A stretch of 64,000 nucleotides of DNA from Octopus sinensis (taxonomy: Eukaryota), in assembly GCF_006345805.1 (NCBI RefSeq), contig NC_043007.1, forward strand, positions 55,490,001 through 55,554,000, written 5' to 3'. The notes below the pieces were generated by a model, which did not search any database, had not been told where the DNA came from, and saw only the letters and a program-made list of their open reading frames with translations. This document shows, in pieces, positions 51,019 through 63,380 of this stretch. The position numbers were made by a program, and so were the translations under genes. Numbering within the stretch: the first letter of the stretch is position 1; every line of letters begins with the position of its first letter.

Positions 51019-51872
51019 CCTGGGTCCCTTGATTGTGGTGGTCTTGAGTGCTGTTGTGAGTGCCCCTGGCTCTGAAGACGATGTATCCAGGCCAGTTGTC
51101 CCACAATTTTCTCTGCTATTTCCACAAAATTTCTTTGTTCTGCTGCCGCCGTCTGCATTTCCTCTGCAAATGTGCGCCTTCTCCTTGTTGGGGCATTACG
51201 CACTATGTCTGCATATTTCTGGGGCAGCTTGTATTTGTTCTGGTTTTGGTTAAGGCATTTTGGTCGAGTGGGTTTGATGCAATTTCCATAGGGCCTGGGA
51301 TGAGCGAACCTGCATCCTTCCCCTGTTTCTCCATGCCAGCAGGTTCCATTCCGGAAGAATTTGCATGTTATCTGGGTTTTCTTGTCCCCAGTTCCTCTCT
51401 GTTTTTTCTTCCTCCGTTGGACGGTTGTCCACTGGTTCCTTTCTGCATAGGTCTTTTCATCCGGGTGGTTATTTTCTGTTTCCCCATCGCCGTCTATCTG
51501 TTGTTTGCCCTGCTTGCCTTCTTCGACTGTGGCAGTGGGCGTGTCATTTTTTGACACTCTGTGGTTGGTGTTTCCTGTTTCCATCTCTCTCTCTTTGTCT
51601 TTGTCCACCTTGAGGACTTGGCTTAGCAAAGCCATGTGTGGTGCAATGAGAGTGTAGGCCCTTTCGACTTCTCTTTTCTTCCTCTCTACTTGCGCCAACG
51701 TCCTCATAAAGCCATGGCTTTTCAGGGTCGCCGCTATGTTTTTAGTTGGTTGCGATCTGTCGGCCGAGGTCCATCCTCTGATGAAAACTTCCAGCTCTAC
51801 TTTCGTCCAGTTACGCTGGCTTTTGTTGACGCCAGTGTTTGCATTCACCTCTAATTTTTGCATGTTGTCCAT
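50937..51872 (-). CDS. LINE-A ORF1: Myb/SANT (trihelix)-like N-terminus plus CCCH zinc finger
   Basis: 311 aa open; RNWTKVELEVFIRGW...IAATLKSHGFMRTLAQVERK and CKFFRNGTCWHGETGEGCRFAH. Confidence 0.8.
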   Translation of the reverse strand: MDNMQKLEVNANTGVNKSQRNWTKVELEVFIRGWTSADRSQPTKNIAATLKSHGFMRTLAQVERKKREVERAYTLIAPHMALLSQVLKVDKDKEREMETGNTNHRVSKNDTPTATVEEGKQGKQQIDGDGETENNHPDEKTYAERNQWTTVQRRKKKQRGTGDKKTQITCKFFRNGTCWHGETGEGCRFAHPRPYGNCIKPTRPKCLNQNQNKYKLPQKYADIVRNAPTRRRRTFAEEMQTAAAEQRNFVEIAEKIVGQLAWIHRLQSQGHSQQHSRPPQSRDPGWPPLTPAQVPHRQPLLTPRVSHQCFC

Positions 51873-52404
51873 TCCGTTGTAGCGGGGAGAGAGAGAGAAG
51901 CTGTGAGGGAAAAAGGGAGAAGGGAGGAGAGAGGAAGAGATTGTGATTGTGAGGAAGGGAGGAATTATATTATATTATATTATATTAATTTATATTAATC
52001 TAATAGTGCAATAGGGGGTAGGGAGAAAGTAGAGAAAGGGAGCGTCTATGTACTTAAGGAGAAATTGGGAGCCGAGAGTAAGAGAGAAGAGGAAGAGGAG
52101 AGACCGAGAGCTGAAGGAAGAGAGAGAAAGCGTCTATGTCCTTATATGTATCCGAGAGAGGAGAGTAAGTTAGAAGAGAGAAATGGAGAGACAAGGAGAA
52201 GCGGGAGAGAAACTGAAGAGATAGAAGAGAGTAATGGAGAGACAAAGAGAAGCGGGAGAGAAACTGAAGAGATAGGGAGAGAAGGAAGAAATATAGAGAG
52301 AATTTATATATTTGAAAGAGGGGAGTAAGATAGAATGAGAGCTATGAAGAGACAAGGAGAAGCGTGAGTGAGAGAAACTGAAGAGACAGACAGAGAGAGA
52401 GAGA

Positions 52405-53040
52405 GAGGGGAGAATTCTAAGCGAAGCTATTTGTACACACACACACACGCGTATACATACATACACATACACACATATACACATGTGTGCACACGCACAT
52501 ATATAAACAGTAGTACCAAGTGAGTATATAAAGAAACAATAATAATAATAATGAAATAGCTGAAAGAAAACAATCCAAGAGATTTTACAGAATTTAAGCA
52601 GAGAAAAAGAGAGGGGAGAATTCTAAGCGAAGCTATTTGTACACACACATACACGCATACACATACACACATATACACACGTGTGCACATGCACATATAT
52701 AAACAGTAGTACCAAGTGAGTATATAAAGAAACAATAATAATAATAATGAAATAGCTGAAAGAAAACAATCCAAGAGATTTTACAGAAATTAAGCAGAGA
52801 AAAAGAGAAAAGAAAATATGTATTTGTCGCTACAGACAATGTATTCTAAAATAAAAAATAAAAACTAATTGCGACTATACTTTTAACACACACATATACA
52901 TACACATAGAGATTTTACAGAATTTAAGCAGAGAAAAAGAGAAAAAGAGAAAAGAAGATATACATTTGTCCGTCGCTAAAACAATGTCTTCTAAAAATAA
53001 TTGCGGCTATACTTCTAACACACACATATACATACACATA
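52405..53040 (+). repeat. Two overlapping local tandem duplications (~205 bp x2 and ~135 bp x2)
   Basis: gaggggagaattctaagcgaagc starts at 52405 and 52611; the agagattttacagaa...catacacatag block occurs at ~52774 and ~52907. Confidence 0.85.
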
Positions 53041-53479
53041 GATATATTATTATTTTCTGTTTGAAAGAACACTAATGATAACAAAATAAGTAATATTTTT
53101 TTTTTCTTACCTTACCGGCTGAGAGAGAGTACTTACGCGATTCCTTTTTATGAGAAAGGAAGATAGATAGACAGGACAGACCTTTTATTCCCCAAGCGCA
53201 CTTTGTAAACAAAAGGGATTTGAGTTTCGATGTAGCACGTGCAACAGGTTGAGGAATACTTTCTGTATTTCCCTAAGCGATTTGGTATTAAGCAGCAAAT
53301 TTTCAGAGGCTTTTTTCAGAACACGCAGATATACATCAAAAACGAAAATATCCTGTGTCTTGTTGATTCACAGACGAAGAATAAAATTCACTTCGATTTC
53401 GGGAAAGTAACACACGTGCGTTTTAACACGTGTATTCGCGAGTATGTTCTAGTTGCAAAACACTATATCAAAAGCGAAA

Positions 53480-54815
<1,336 letters not shown>

Positions 54816-54968
54816 CCAATTAAGGACTGAACACGAAAAGTGGACAGTCAACATGCTAGATATAGACGTCAAATCGCCATTCACCACAAAAGATTATGTT
54901 CTCAGATCAAACTCAACACAAAACCATAGCAATAAAAAAGTGAAAAATATACGAAATAAAATAATTAC

Positions 54969-55033
54969 CCATGTACTAAATTAGTTTCAGCTGTTATTTT
55001 CCGCAAGGAAAACTGCAGCCATCATCAGCATGG
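54969..55033 (-). ncRNA. Type I hammerhead (left arm of the palindrome)
   Basis: Reverse complement of 55140-55204. Confidence 0.78.
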
Positions 55034-55139
55034 TCCGTCATAAATGTAATTTGATGGACTAGATGCAAACACGATACCGAAATATCGATATTTCGGTATC
55101 GTGTTTGCATCTAGTCCATCAAATTACATTTATAACGGA

Positions 55140-55204
55140 CCATGCTGATGATGGCTGCAGTTTTCCTTGCGGAAAATAACAGCTGAAACTAATTTAGTAC
55201 ATGG
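55140..55204 (+). ncRNA. Type I hammerhead (right arm of the palindrome)
   Basis: CCAUG-CUGAUGA-U-GGCUG[CA GUUUUCC UUGC GGAAAAU AA]CAGCU-GAAA-CUAAUUUAG-UA-CAUGG; one extra U before stem II. Confidence 0.78.
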
Positions 55205-55450
55205 GTAATTATTTTATTTCGTATATTTTTCACTTGTTTATTGCTATGGTTTTGTGTTGAGTTTGATCTGAGAACATAATCTTTTGTGGTGAATGGCGAT
55301 TTGACGTCTATATCTAGCATGTTGACTGTCCACTTTTCGTGTTCAGTCCTTAATTGGTATATATAAATATTTTAATCTTCGGATTCTTTTTTAATATGCT
55401 AGACCACTGGTCTTAATTGATAAATATCAATTTCTACCCTTAATTAATTT

Positions 55451-55484
<34 letters not shown>

Positions 55485-55492
55485 ATGTATAT

Positions 55493-55737
55493 AAATAACG
55501 TTTTTACCCACAAACTTTAATATTGTTAATATTAATAATACTCTATCCTCTAATTAGCCTTAAGATTAAATTACGTTTTTACCCACACTCTAATATAATA
55601 TTAATATTGCTAATATATTTTCAGATACTCTATCTCCTAATTAGCCTTAAGATTAAATAACGTTTTTACCCTCAAACTTTAATATTGTTAATATTTTTTT
55701 TTTCCAAATACTCTATCTTCTAATTAGCCTTAATATC
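55493..55737 (+). repeat. Three imperfect ~75-85-bp tandem monomers upstream of LINE-B ORF1
   Basis: Each unit reads aaat(a/t)acgtttttaccc...tactctatc..ctaattagccttaa. Confidence 0.85.
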
Positions 55738-55794
55738 TTCTTGTCTTCTCTCGAACATATTTAGATAGATAAACAAATAGACAGATCATCCAGC

Positions 55795-56700
55795 ATGTCC
55801 AGAGCATGGAGACCTGACGAACTAGATTTATTCGTACGAGCCTGGAAGTGCGCCGACGGAGATAGCCCTAGCGAGGTGATTGCGGCTGCGCTGAAGGGCA
55901 AAGGCTACAAGAGGACAGCGGCTCAGATGGAGCGAAAGAGACGGGAATTCGTGCGCTCATATGCGCTTATACGGTCGCACATTGGCGCACTTGATGCCAT
56001 CTTTGAGAACGAGCGGGGCAAAGATGGCAAGAATGGAGACGATGAAAGAAGTCACCCCCACCTGGTGGACGCCCGGGAGGAGGTTTTGAATGAGAAACCT
56101 GCCCGGGAAGTGAACCCAGGTGCAAGTTCTCCAGCCGGCAGCAAGGGCCATGGAGACGGAGAACCCGGTGAAGAGGTAGAGGGAGGAGGAAGAACTAAAA
56201 GAAGGGCTGGAAGAGCTAAAGGAAAAGCTCAAGCAGGACCAAAGGGTGAAAAAACCAGGAATAGAAGTGGAACCGCAAAAGATGGAAACAAACAGCGCAC
56301 ACGGGTGTGTAGGTTCTACCTTAGAGGTTCCTGCTGGCATGGAAAGCAAGGTGCAGGCTGCCGCTTTGCACATCGGGGACCCTGCCACAGAGACACGAGG
56401 CAGATGGACAAACCATCAACACAAGGAAAAGGGATGGACCACGCACCACTTGCCCCAAAGCGGAGGTACGCAGATGTGGTGCGTGCCACAAACCACCAAC
56501 ATGATGTTGTCGAAAGGGCAGCTGCTGAGCAACAATCTTTTTTGTGCATGGCACAAAAGATTGTACAGCAGCTGACCTGGCTTCATCAAACCCAAGCTCG
56601 CAGGTGGGACTACCCACTGTATACCAGACCACCACAGCAAACAGACCCAGGATGGACACCACCGGCAACAACGTACACCTCACCTCGATGCTCCTACTGA
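55795..56700 (+). CDS. LINE-B ORF1: trihelix/Myb-like domain plus CCCH zinc finger
   Basis: 301 aa; RAWRPDELDLFVRAW...IAAALKGKGYKRTAAQMERK and CRFYLRGSCWHGKQGAGCRFAH. Confidence 0.85.
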   Translation: MSRAWRPDELDLFVRAWKCADGDSPSEVIAAALKGKGYKRTAAQMERKRREFVRSYALIRSHIGALDAIFENERGKDGKNGDDERSHPHLVDAREEVLNEKPAREVNPGASSPAGSKGHGDGEPGEEVEGGGRTKRRAGRAKGKAQAGPKGEKTRNRSGTAKDGNKQRTRVCRFYLRGSCWHGKQGAGCRFAHRGPCHRDTRQMDKPSTQGKGMDHAPLAPKRRYADVVRATNHQHDVVERAAAEQQSFLCMAQKIVQQLTWLHQTQARRWDYPLYTRPPQQTDPGWTPPATTYTSPRCSY

Positions 56701-59648
56701 ACATCAGAGGACTGCAAACACTCAGTAACAGGACAAAAATCCCGTTCCTGAGAGACTTTGTTGCATGCAATCAAGCCTTATGCATAGCACTTACGGAAAC
56801 GCACCTGAAACCGGATATAGCAGATGCGGAGTTACACATACCACAGTATGCTGTACTACGGACCGACAGGAAAGAAAGGAGTCATGGAGGTGTTGCTATG
56901 TACATCCGTGAGGACCTCACACCCCAGGTCCTCTTGTCATACTCAAACTCGGTGTGTGACACACTAATTGTACATATTAGGCAACTTGATGTAGTTGTGT
57001 GTGCTACATATTGCCCTCCAGATGCCCCAAGCCATGTGGGCAAGTTTGAAGACTGCCTTATAAAAATAGAAGAAGTTCTAACCACATTAGAACAACACAT
57101 AAGTGTACTTCTTATGGGAGACTTCAATCTGCCCAATGTCAGATGGCCCGAGGGCCTTTCTCTCCCAGGAATGACAAGATGTGAACGAGGACAGGCGAGG
57201 TCCCTCCTGAACCTCATCAACACCCTGTACATGGAGCAGGTAATACTCCAACCAACCAGGGCAGGTAACACACTGGATCTCTGCTTCACAAATGACATGG
57301 ATCTCATCCATAATGTGAAAGTGACACTGACACTACTCTCGGATCACAACATGATAGAGCTGACCATGTACGGGTCAAAAGAGAGCACGGACATGCAGCC
57401 TGCAAGAAACCCTCAGAATCTTTCCAGCTTGAACTACCATAAGGCAAACTGGAAACAAATTGAGAAAGAGATCCTCAAACAAAACTGGCCTAAATGTCTC
57501 TCCTCGCCAGACATCGACGTGAAACTTCAACAATTCATGTCGGTAATGCAAGCCATATGCTACAAATGTGTCCCAGAGAGAAAGGCCACTGTACACAAGA
57601 ACAAAATCCCCAGAGAGAGGAAAATTTTAATGAGACGGCGTACAAAATTTTCAAATCGCCTAAACAAACAGATTGAAAGCAGTGAAAAGTCCCGCCTAAA
57701 AATAAAACTGTTGGAAATCGAAAGATGTCTGCAACTCTCCCATGAAAAGGAAAGAGCAGACAAAGAAGCCTGGCCTATAGACAACATAAAATCTAACCCC
57801 AGAGCTTTCTACAGGTATGCCAAAGAAACAGCTACGGTGCACTGTAGAATAGGGCCACTCCTCGAAAAGGATGGCACACTTACAGGAAAACCAATGAGGG
57901 TAAGTGAAATACTGAATGAACAATTCAAGAGTGTTTTCACTCCACCCCTTGGGCATTTCCAAATCAGCAATCCAACTGACTTCTTTACCACTGCAGATAT
58001 AGAATCAGAGGCGACGACGATAAATTACATCGATATAAAGGAAGACGATGTAATAAAGGCTATAGATGAAATGAAAACAGACTCAGCTACTGGCCCCGAT
58101 GGATTCCCGGCAATCCTCCTAAAAGCATGTAAGAGAGTCCTAGCAAGACCCCTGCAGTTCCTCTTTCAGAGCTTCCTTGCAGCTGGCAAACTCCCAAGAA
58201 AACGGAAGGAAGGTAAAATATGCCCCATTCATAAAGGAGGTAGCAGAGCGGAAGCCAAGAACTATAGACCTATCTCTCTGACCTCACACATCAGCAAGGT
58301 CATGGAATTAATAGTCAGAAGGAAGCTGATCACCTTCCTTGAAGAGAATGACTTGCTGCCCGACACCCAACATGGTTTCCGACCAGGGAGAAGCTGTTTA
58401 ACTCAGCTCCTTCAACACTATGACTGGGTGCTGAAACGGATGCTCAACCACTCAAATGTGGAAGTGATATATCTCGACTTTGCAAAGGCCTTTGATAAAG
58501 TCGATCATGGAATGATATGTCACAAACTGCGTGATCTCAACATAGTTGGAAAACTGGGAGAATGGCTTCATGACTTTCTGAAAGATAGAAGTCAGGTGGT
58601 AGTGGCCAATGGGGCCACTTCCATTAACACGCAAATAGTGAGCGGTGTTCCGCAGGGCACTGTTCTGGGACCACTACTGTTCATAATGGCCCTCTCAGAC
58701 ATGCTCTCAGCCACGCAGAGAGCCACGATCACAAGTTATGCAGATGATACAAAAGTTTCACAGGCAATACAGAACCCTGAGGACACTAAACACCTGCAAT
58801 GTGAGCTAGACAAAATATACAAGTGGGCCGAAAAGAATAGCATGCAGTTCAATGCTGAAAAGTTTCAAGCTCTATACTATCAGCATGCAAAACTAAATGC
58901 AATACCCAATGAATACATTGGACCCGGAGGAATAGCAATCCCAGAAGCACAATCAGTGCGTGACCTAGGTATTTACATGAGTGATGACGCGACCTTTCGT
59001 GTACATGTTGCTAAATTGGCAATGAAATGTAGACGACTGGCCCGATGGGTCCTCAGAACCTTTAGAACAAGAGAACAAGAAACCATGATGGTCCTCTGGG
59101 GGACACTTGTCCTAAGCCACTTTGACTACTGCTCTCAGTTATGGTCACCATCCAGTGTCAAGTTGATCACAGAGCTCGAGGCGATCCAACGTAGCTACAC
59201 GAAGAAGATAGCCTCTATGCAGAATGTAAGCTACTGGGAAAGACTCAAGAGATTAAAACTATATTCCCTGGAGCGTAGGCGGGAAAGATATGCCATAATA
59301 TACATCTGGAAGATCCTGGAGGGACGTGTCCTGAACTTTGGCATCGAGAGTTACGCAAATGCCAGAACTGGGCGCCACTGCGTGGTGCCTAGGACTCCAA
59401 ACTTGCCATCAAGATGTAGGACAAGATTCTGTGATAGCCTGGGCTTCCGAGGCCCACAGCTCTTCAATATCCTCCCGAAGAACCTGAGAGACCTGCATGG
59501 GGTGGATGCAGATGTCTTTAAAATGAAGCTGGATCTCTTCCTGTCAGGTGTCCCAGATGAACCAACTTCACGGCATGAGGGGCAGATGAGGGCAGCTGCA
59601 TCGAACTCTCTCATGCACCAAATGGCAGTTGCTAGAAAGCTTTCGTGA
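56544..59648 (+). CDS. LINE-B ORF2: APE endonuclease plus reverse transcriptase, uninterrupted
   Basis: 1034-aa open frame (true start may be a later Met) with LLLNIRGL, ALTETHL, LMGDFNLP, SDHN, YLDFAKAFDKVDHG, SGVPQGTVLGPLLF and YADDTK. Confidence 0.93.
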   Translation: MHGTKDCTAADLASSNPSSQVGLPTVYQTTTANRPRMDTTGNNVHLTSMLLLNIRGLQTLSNRTKIPFLRDFVACNQALCIALTETHLKPDIADAELHIPQYAVLRTDRKERSHGGVAMYIREDLTPQVLLSYSNSVCDTLIVHIRQLDVVVCATYCPPDAPSHVGKFEDCLIKIEEVLTTLEQHISVLLMGDFNLPNVRWPEGLSLPGMTRCERGQARSLLNLINTLYMEQVILQPTRAGNTLDLCFTNDMDLIHNVKVTLTLLSDHNMIELTMYGSKESTDMQPARNPQNLSSLNYHKANWKQIEKEILKQNWPKCLSSPDIDVKLQQFMSVMQAICYKCVPERKATVHKNKIPRERKILMRRRTKFSNRLNKQIESSEKSRLKIKLLEIERCLQLSHEKERADKEAWPIDNIKSNPRAFYRYAKETATVHCRIGPLLEKDGTLTGKPMRVSEILNEQFKSVFTPPLGHFQISNPTDFFTTADIESEATTINYIDIKEDDVIKAIDEMKTDSATGPDGFPAILLKACKRVLARPLQFLFQSFLAAGKLPRKRKEGKICPIHKGGSRAEAKNYRPISLTSHISKVMELIVRRKLITFLEENDLLPDTQHGFRPGRSCLTQLLQHYDWVLKRMLNHSNVEVIYLDFAKAFDKVDHGMICHKLRDLNIVGKLGEWLHDFLKDRSQVVVANGATSINTQIVSGVPQGTVLGPLLFIMALSDMLSATQRATITSYADDTKVSQAIQNPEDTKHLQCELDKIYKWAEKNSMQFNAEKFQALYYQHAKLNAIPNEYIGPGGIAIPEAQSVRDLGIYMSDDATFRVHVAKLAMKCRRLARWVLRTFRTREQETMMVLWGTLVLSHFDYCSQLWSPSSVKLITELEAIQRSYTKKIASMQNVSYWERLKRLKLYSLERRRERYAIIYIWKILEGRVLNFGIESYANARTGRHCVVPRTPNLPSRCRTRFCDSLGFRGPQLFNILPKNLRDLHGVDADVFKMKLDLFLSGVPDEPTSRHEGQMRAAASNSLMHQMAVARKLS

Positions 59649-59993
59649 AGTGAAACCAAGTAGCAACACCAAATGGCGGTGCCCCAGCATGGCCACAGCT
59701 CATAAGCTGAAACTAGAATCAATGAATCAATCAATCAATCAATCATGTACTGTGTCTATTAAATAGTATTTATCTCTCACCATATGGAGTAATTGTTGTT
59801 GATCTATCACGGCAATATAAAAAGCTGAAATTCAGTTTTACGTTGTTGTAGATACCTGAGCACAGGCTTTAGCAGAAGGCAAAAACACAACGTGAAATGA
59901 AACAGAAGGTAAAAACAACGGAAGGCAAAAACCAACCTGGGTAAATCGTACAAATTGTAAACTCATCCTCATCCTGCAAAACACAACCTAAAC

Positions 59994-60041
59994 ATTATTA
60001 CGTTAGATCTTGTAATCTAACGTAATAATAGATTACAAGAT
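59994..60041. repeat. Nested short inverted repeats
   Basis: 15-bp perfect stem 59994-60008/60015-60029; 60030-60041 is the inverse of 60007-60018. Confidence 0.85.
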
Positions 60042-60479
60042 ACAAAGTAATTAGCAGACCCAATAATTTAAATTTATGGAATATCACTTGTGCAATTATT
60101 AAGTGGTTTTAATGGCATTGAAGAGAGACACCACAATTATTATTCAATTCGATGACGCTGATTATTATTATCTACACGAAAGGGCATTCTGTATTGATAC
60201 CAACCCCTTGACCAATTCACCTTCCACTTCTCAAACATGTGCGACATGTGAGAATTTATCGCCAACCAAATCCTACGCAACACCTCATATTCACACACAA
60301 ACCATACACCCTATGTCTCTCGAAATACAAATTTCTCAAACACTTCACTGCCCATGATTCACTTTATTTGAAATTCATTCCAACAGGCAGTGCTTGTACG
60401 CATGAAGGCTCCTGTTTTTCTGTTTCTCAACTTCCCCTCCTGGATTTCAGAACCTTGTATGAGTGAAAATCTCTTTTTT

Positions 60480-61320
60480 CCCCTCTTTCATGCAGTCTCT
60501 TCCACCAAATATTTGCTTCCTCTAACGCTCTCTAGACTCCTCAAGCCACCAACAACTCTTTGACCATATCAAACTTGAATTGCAGACATTGGTCTCATCT
60601 GTCGTCACTCCTGTGGTGACTTCAACAGCATGATAGTCACACTCAATTTACACAGATGCTGCCGAAGCCAGATGTTTTGCTATTCTCATTTCTTTATCCT
60701 AGCTTGTTAACGAGTTTCATCTTGTCGCATTCCAGATCGAGACACAAACATCCCAAACACATGCAGCCTCTTTCTTCAAACCTAGCATTTACCTAATCAT
60801 ATTCGTCTCTGTAGACATCGACACTTCCGACCACTGCCATACTGAAACTGCCCAACACACAATCACATACAAGACAATACCCCAATCACCTTACTCTTTG
60901 GCACTCCAAGACAGTCGACTTGGAGTTCTGCCAATTTCATACCACTTTATACTCTTCATGTGAATATTGTTCCCTTCTGTTACTACCACTACGGCTTCCG
61001 CAGAGCCTGTCTACTAGAGACATACTCTCTTGTGTCACTCGCCAGCAGGCTTTATTGATGGAGCTGTTTCTACTCTAGTCTTAACTCTGGTGTTCCTCAA
61101 CGCTCGGTTTTCTCCGTCAATGGCTTCTAATCCTCGGAGTTGGCTGATCTTGTATCTCCACAAGTCAGGCATTCGACTCAATCGTCTTTCCACACCAAGT
61201 CAGCCTTGATGCATCGAACTTCACCGGCCTCGTACTAACCATTACGATTTGTTTTACCTCCTTTTGCTGTCTTTCCTGCTGGTAACAGTTTAAATGGAAG
61301 CTTAACAACATCAAGTTCAC
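60480..61320 (+). mobile_element. Highly decayed APE-RT LINE fragments
   Basis: Residual CGDFNS (~60612) and NSGVPQRSVF (~61083) motifs. Confidence 0.45.
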
Positions 61321-61356
61321 CAATCTTGGAGTGTTTGCAATGTGTGTGCTTGTATA

Positions 61357-61419
<63 letters not shown>

Positions 61420-61469
61420 GTATGTATTCATGTATGTATGTATGTATATACATATATATACATATATCT

Positions 61470-61530
<61 letters not shown>

Positions 61531-61714
61531 CGTGTATATATATACATATATATATACATATAAATACATACATACACACATAACTAGTTTCTATGTATAT
61601 GCATTCATACAGTGACATTAATACAACATTAACACTTACATATACATAAATACATACATTATGCACACACACACATTCGTAAATGCATAATATACATACA
61701 TATATATAGATATA

Positions 61715-61780
<66 letters not shown>

Positions 61781-61993
61781 GTGAAATAGAAAGATGAATA
61801 ATCTTGTAGTAGATTAATCAAAAGTTTAACCGATACCTTAGTAGCAAAAATCACAGCAGTAAACAGCACGGTTGGAGGTACAACCATCTGGCGTTGCAAC
61901 CGTGCGTTGGTGCGGATAATTGAAATTAAAACATTATTGGTGAATTGAAGAAATGGAGCTGAACGCAGATTGAACAGAAATCGTTTTATTTCA

Positions 61994-62073
61994 TTCTACA
62001 CGTGTTTCGAAAGGCACAAATTACCAAAATCCGATTGAATAATGGGACCATATTGTGTCTTTCTCATCAGGAA
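61994..62073 (-). ncRNA. Type I hammerhead ribozyme (canonical core)
   Basis: UUC-CUGAUGA-GAAAG A CACAA...UUGUG C CUUUC-GAAA-CACGUG-UA-GAA; palindromic stem III ACACGUGU; short stem I. Confidence 0.8.
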
Positions 62074-62523
62074 GAAAAAAGGAAATCCGTTGGAAACACA
62101 AAAACAGAACAGAGGCGGAGCAAAAAACAAATCGAACTGTGCTCCTAAGAGCCCATGGCGAAACTGTTTATCAGTGTATGTTGAGAACCGGTGGCTGAAG
62201 AATTCAACGGGTCAGGCATCGGTCAATCATGTGGGTGAGGGTGTATAGATGTTCTTTGTGACCGAGAATAAAGTTCTGACTATTTAAGGAATATTGGATG
62301 TTTTATAAGGGGCGAGAAAAAATCTACTTAGAGACGTGTGTGTGTGTATACTGTTCTATATATGTGTGTGTTGGCGTAGGGGTAGAAAACATTTTTTGTG
62401 TACGTGTGTGCGTTTGATCGTTCGGCTGTCAGTGGCTACTGCCGTGATAACCGTTGGGTGGCAAAAAAAAAAATAAAAAAATATATATATATTATGTTTT
62501 ATGTGTGTGTGTGTTCATCTGAG

Positions 62524-62567
<44 letters not shown>

Positions 62568-62834
62568 AACGTGTAATATAATGTGCACTATTTCAACTTC
62601 TCTATAGATAAGCACACAATTAATTGATTTGCTAAGACCTCTTTATACTTTTGATCTTCTACCATACTTTTTTCTGTGTAATAATTGGAATTTTAAAGAT
62701 GAAATATCGAAAGAATTTCATTTCTTTTGTCTTAGAAATCGTCAACCGTCTTGGATTTCTTCATTTCATTCTATATTCCTCTCTCCTTCTCGCGCATAAA
62801 CTGTACTGTTACTATTACTATCATCTTCATCATC

Positions 62835-63380
62835 ATTATTATTGTTGTTATTTCGCTTTAGCACAGGTTTTTTTAGAGCTCCTTGAGACTTACACGCGTA
62901 GTGGCCTTGCTATCTGCAGCCTATGGTACCATGCTATCCATTCTTTTCAGCTATCTGATACTTTCATGATTATTCTGGGCATGCCAAGGAGGTAAACCTT
63001 TTGTAACAGTTTTACTTGGCACTCTGTTCAGATTTCCTTTATACCCACCTTGATATTTTCTGATACTGTTCCCAAGGACCCAACTATAATTGGCATTATC
63101 TTCACCTTCTTCATTTTCCATAGCCGGGCTATTTCGTACTTAAGAATCTTGTACTTATCAATTGTTTCAACTTCCTTCTTGACTATTCGTGGTCAAAGGG
63201 GCATGCAACATCAACAAAATATCATATGTGGTGCATCATGTCTTTAAACATCGATATGTTGAATTTTCCCTTATGAATCTGCTACTAATGTATCAATACT
63301 TTACCCTTACCATTCATTTCTCTAAACGCCTTTCTCTTGTTTTCCTGTTAGGCTTGATAGGAATAAGTTCAGTGATTTAG
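62835..63380 (-). mobile_element. Dong/R4-type LINE 3' fragment, family D
   Basis: Minus frame KIMPIIVGSLGTVSE; the 3' UTR matches 35075-35200; tail of irregular (TAA)/(TGA) repeats. Confidence 0.7.

Larger units (their letters stand above)
47946..51900 (-). mobile_element. CR1/L2-group LINE (LINE-A), near full length; ORF2 has two frameshifts
   Basis: ORF1 50937-51872; ORF2 pieces 49609-51018, 49424-49684 and 48022-49473; 3' tail ggcggtgccccagcatggcc...gctgaaacaagtaaaagagtaaaagagta. The 5' boundary is uncertain. Confidence 0.93.
55493..59744 (+). mobile_element. CR1/L2-group LINE (LINE-B), apparently full length with both ORFs open
   Basis: ORF1, ORF2, 3' UTR ggcggtgccccagcatggccacagctc..gctgaaac and an (AATC)n tail. 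The 5' boundary is inferred. Confidence 0.93.

Noticed and set aside
55493-55737. Repeat array considered as CRISPR-like
   Set aside because: Eukaryotic context, no unique spacers and no cas genes; these are plain tandem monomers.
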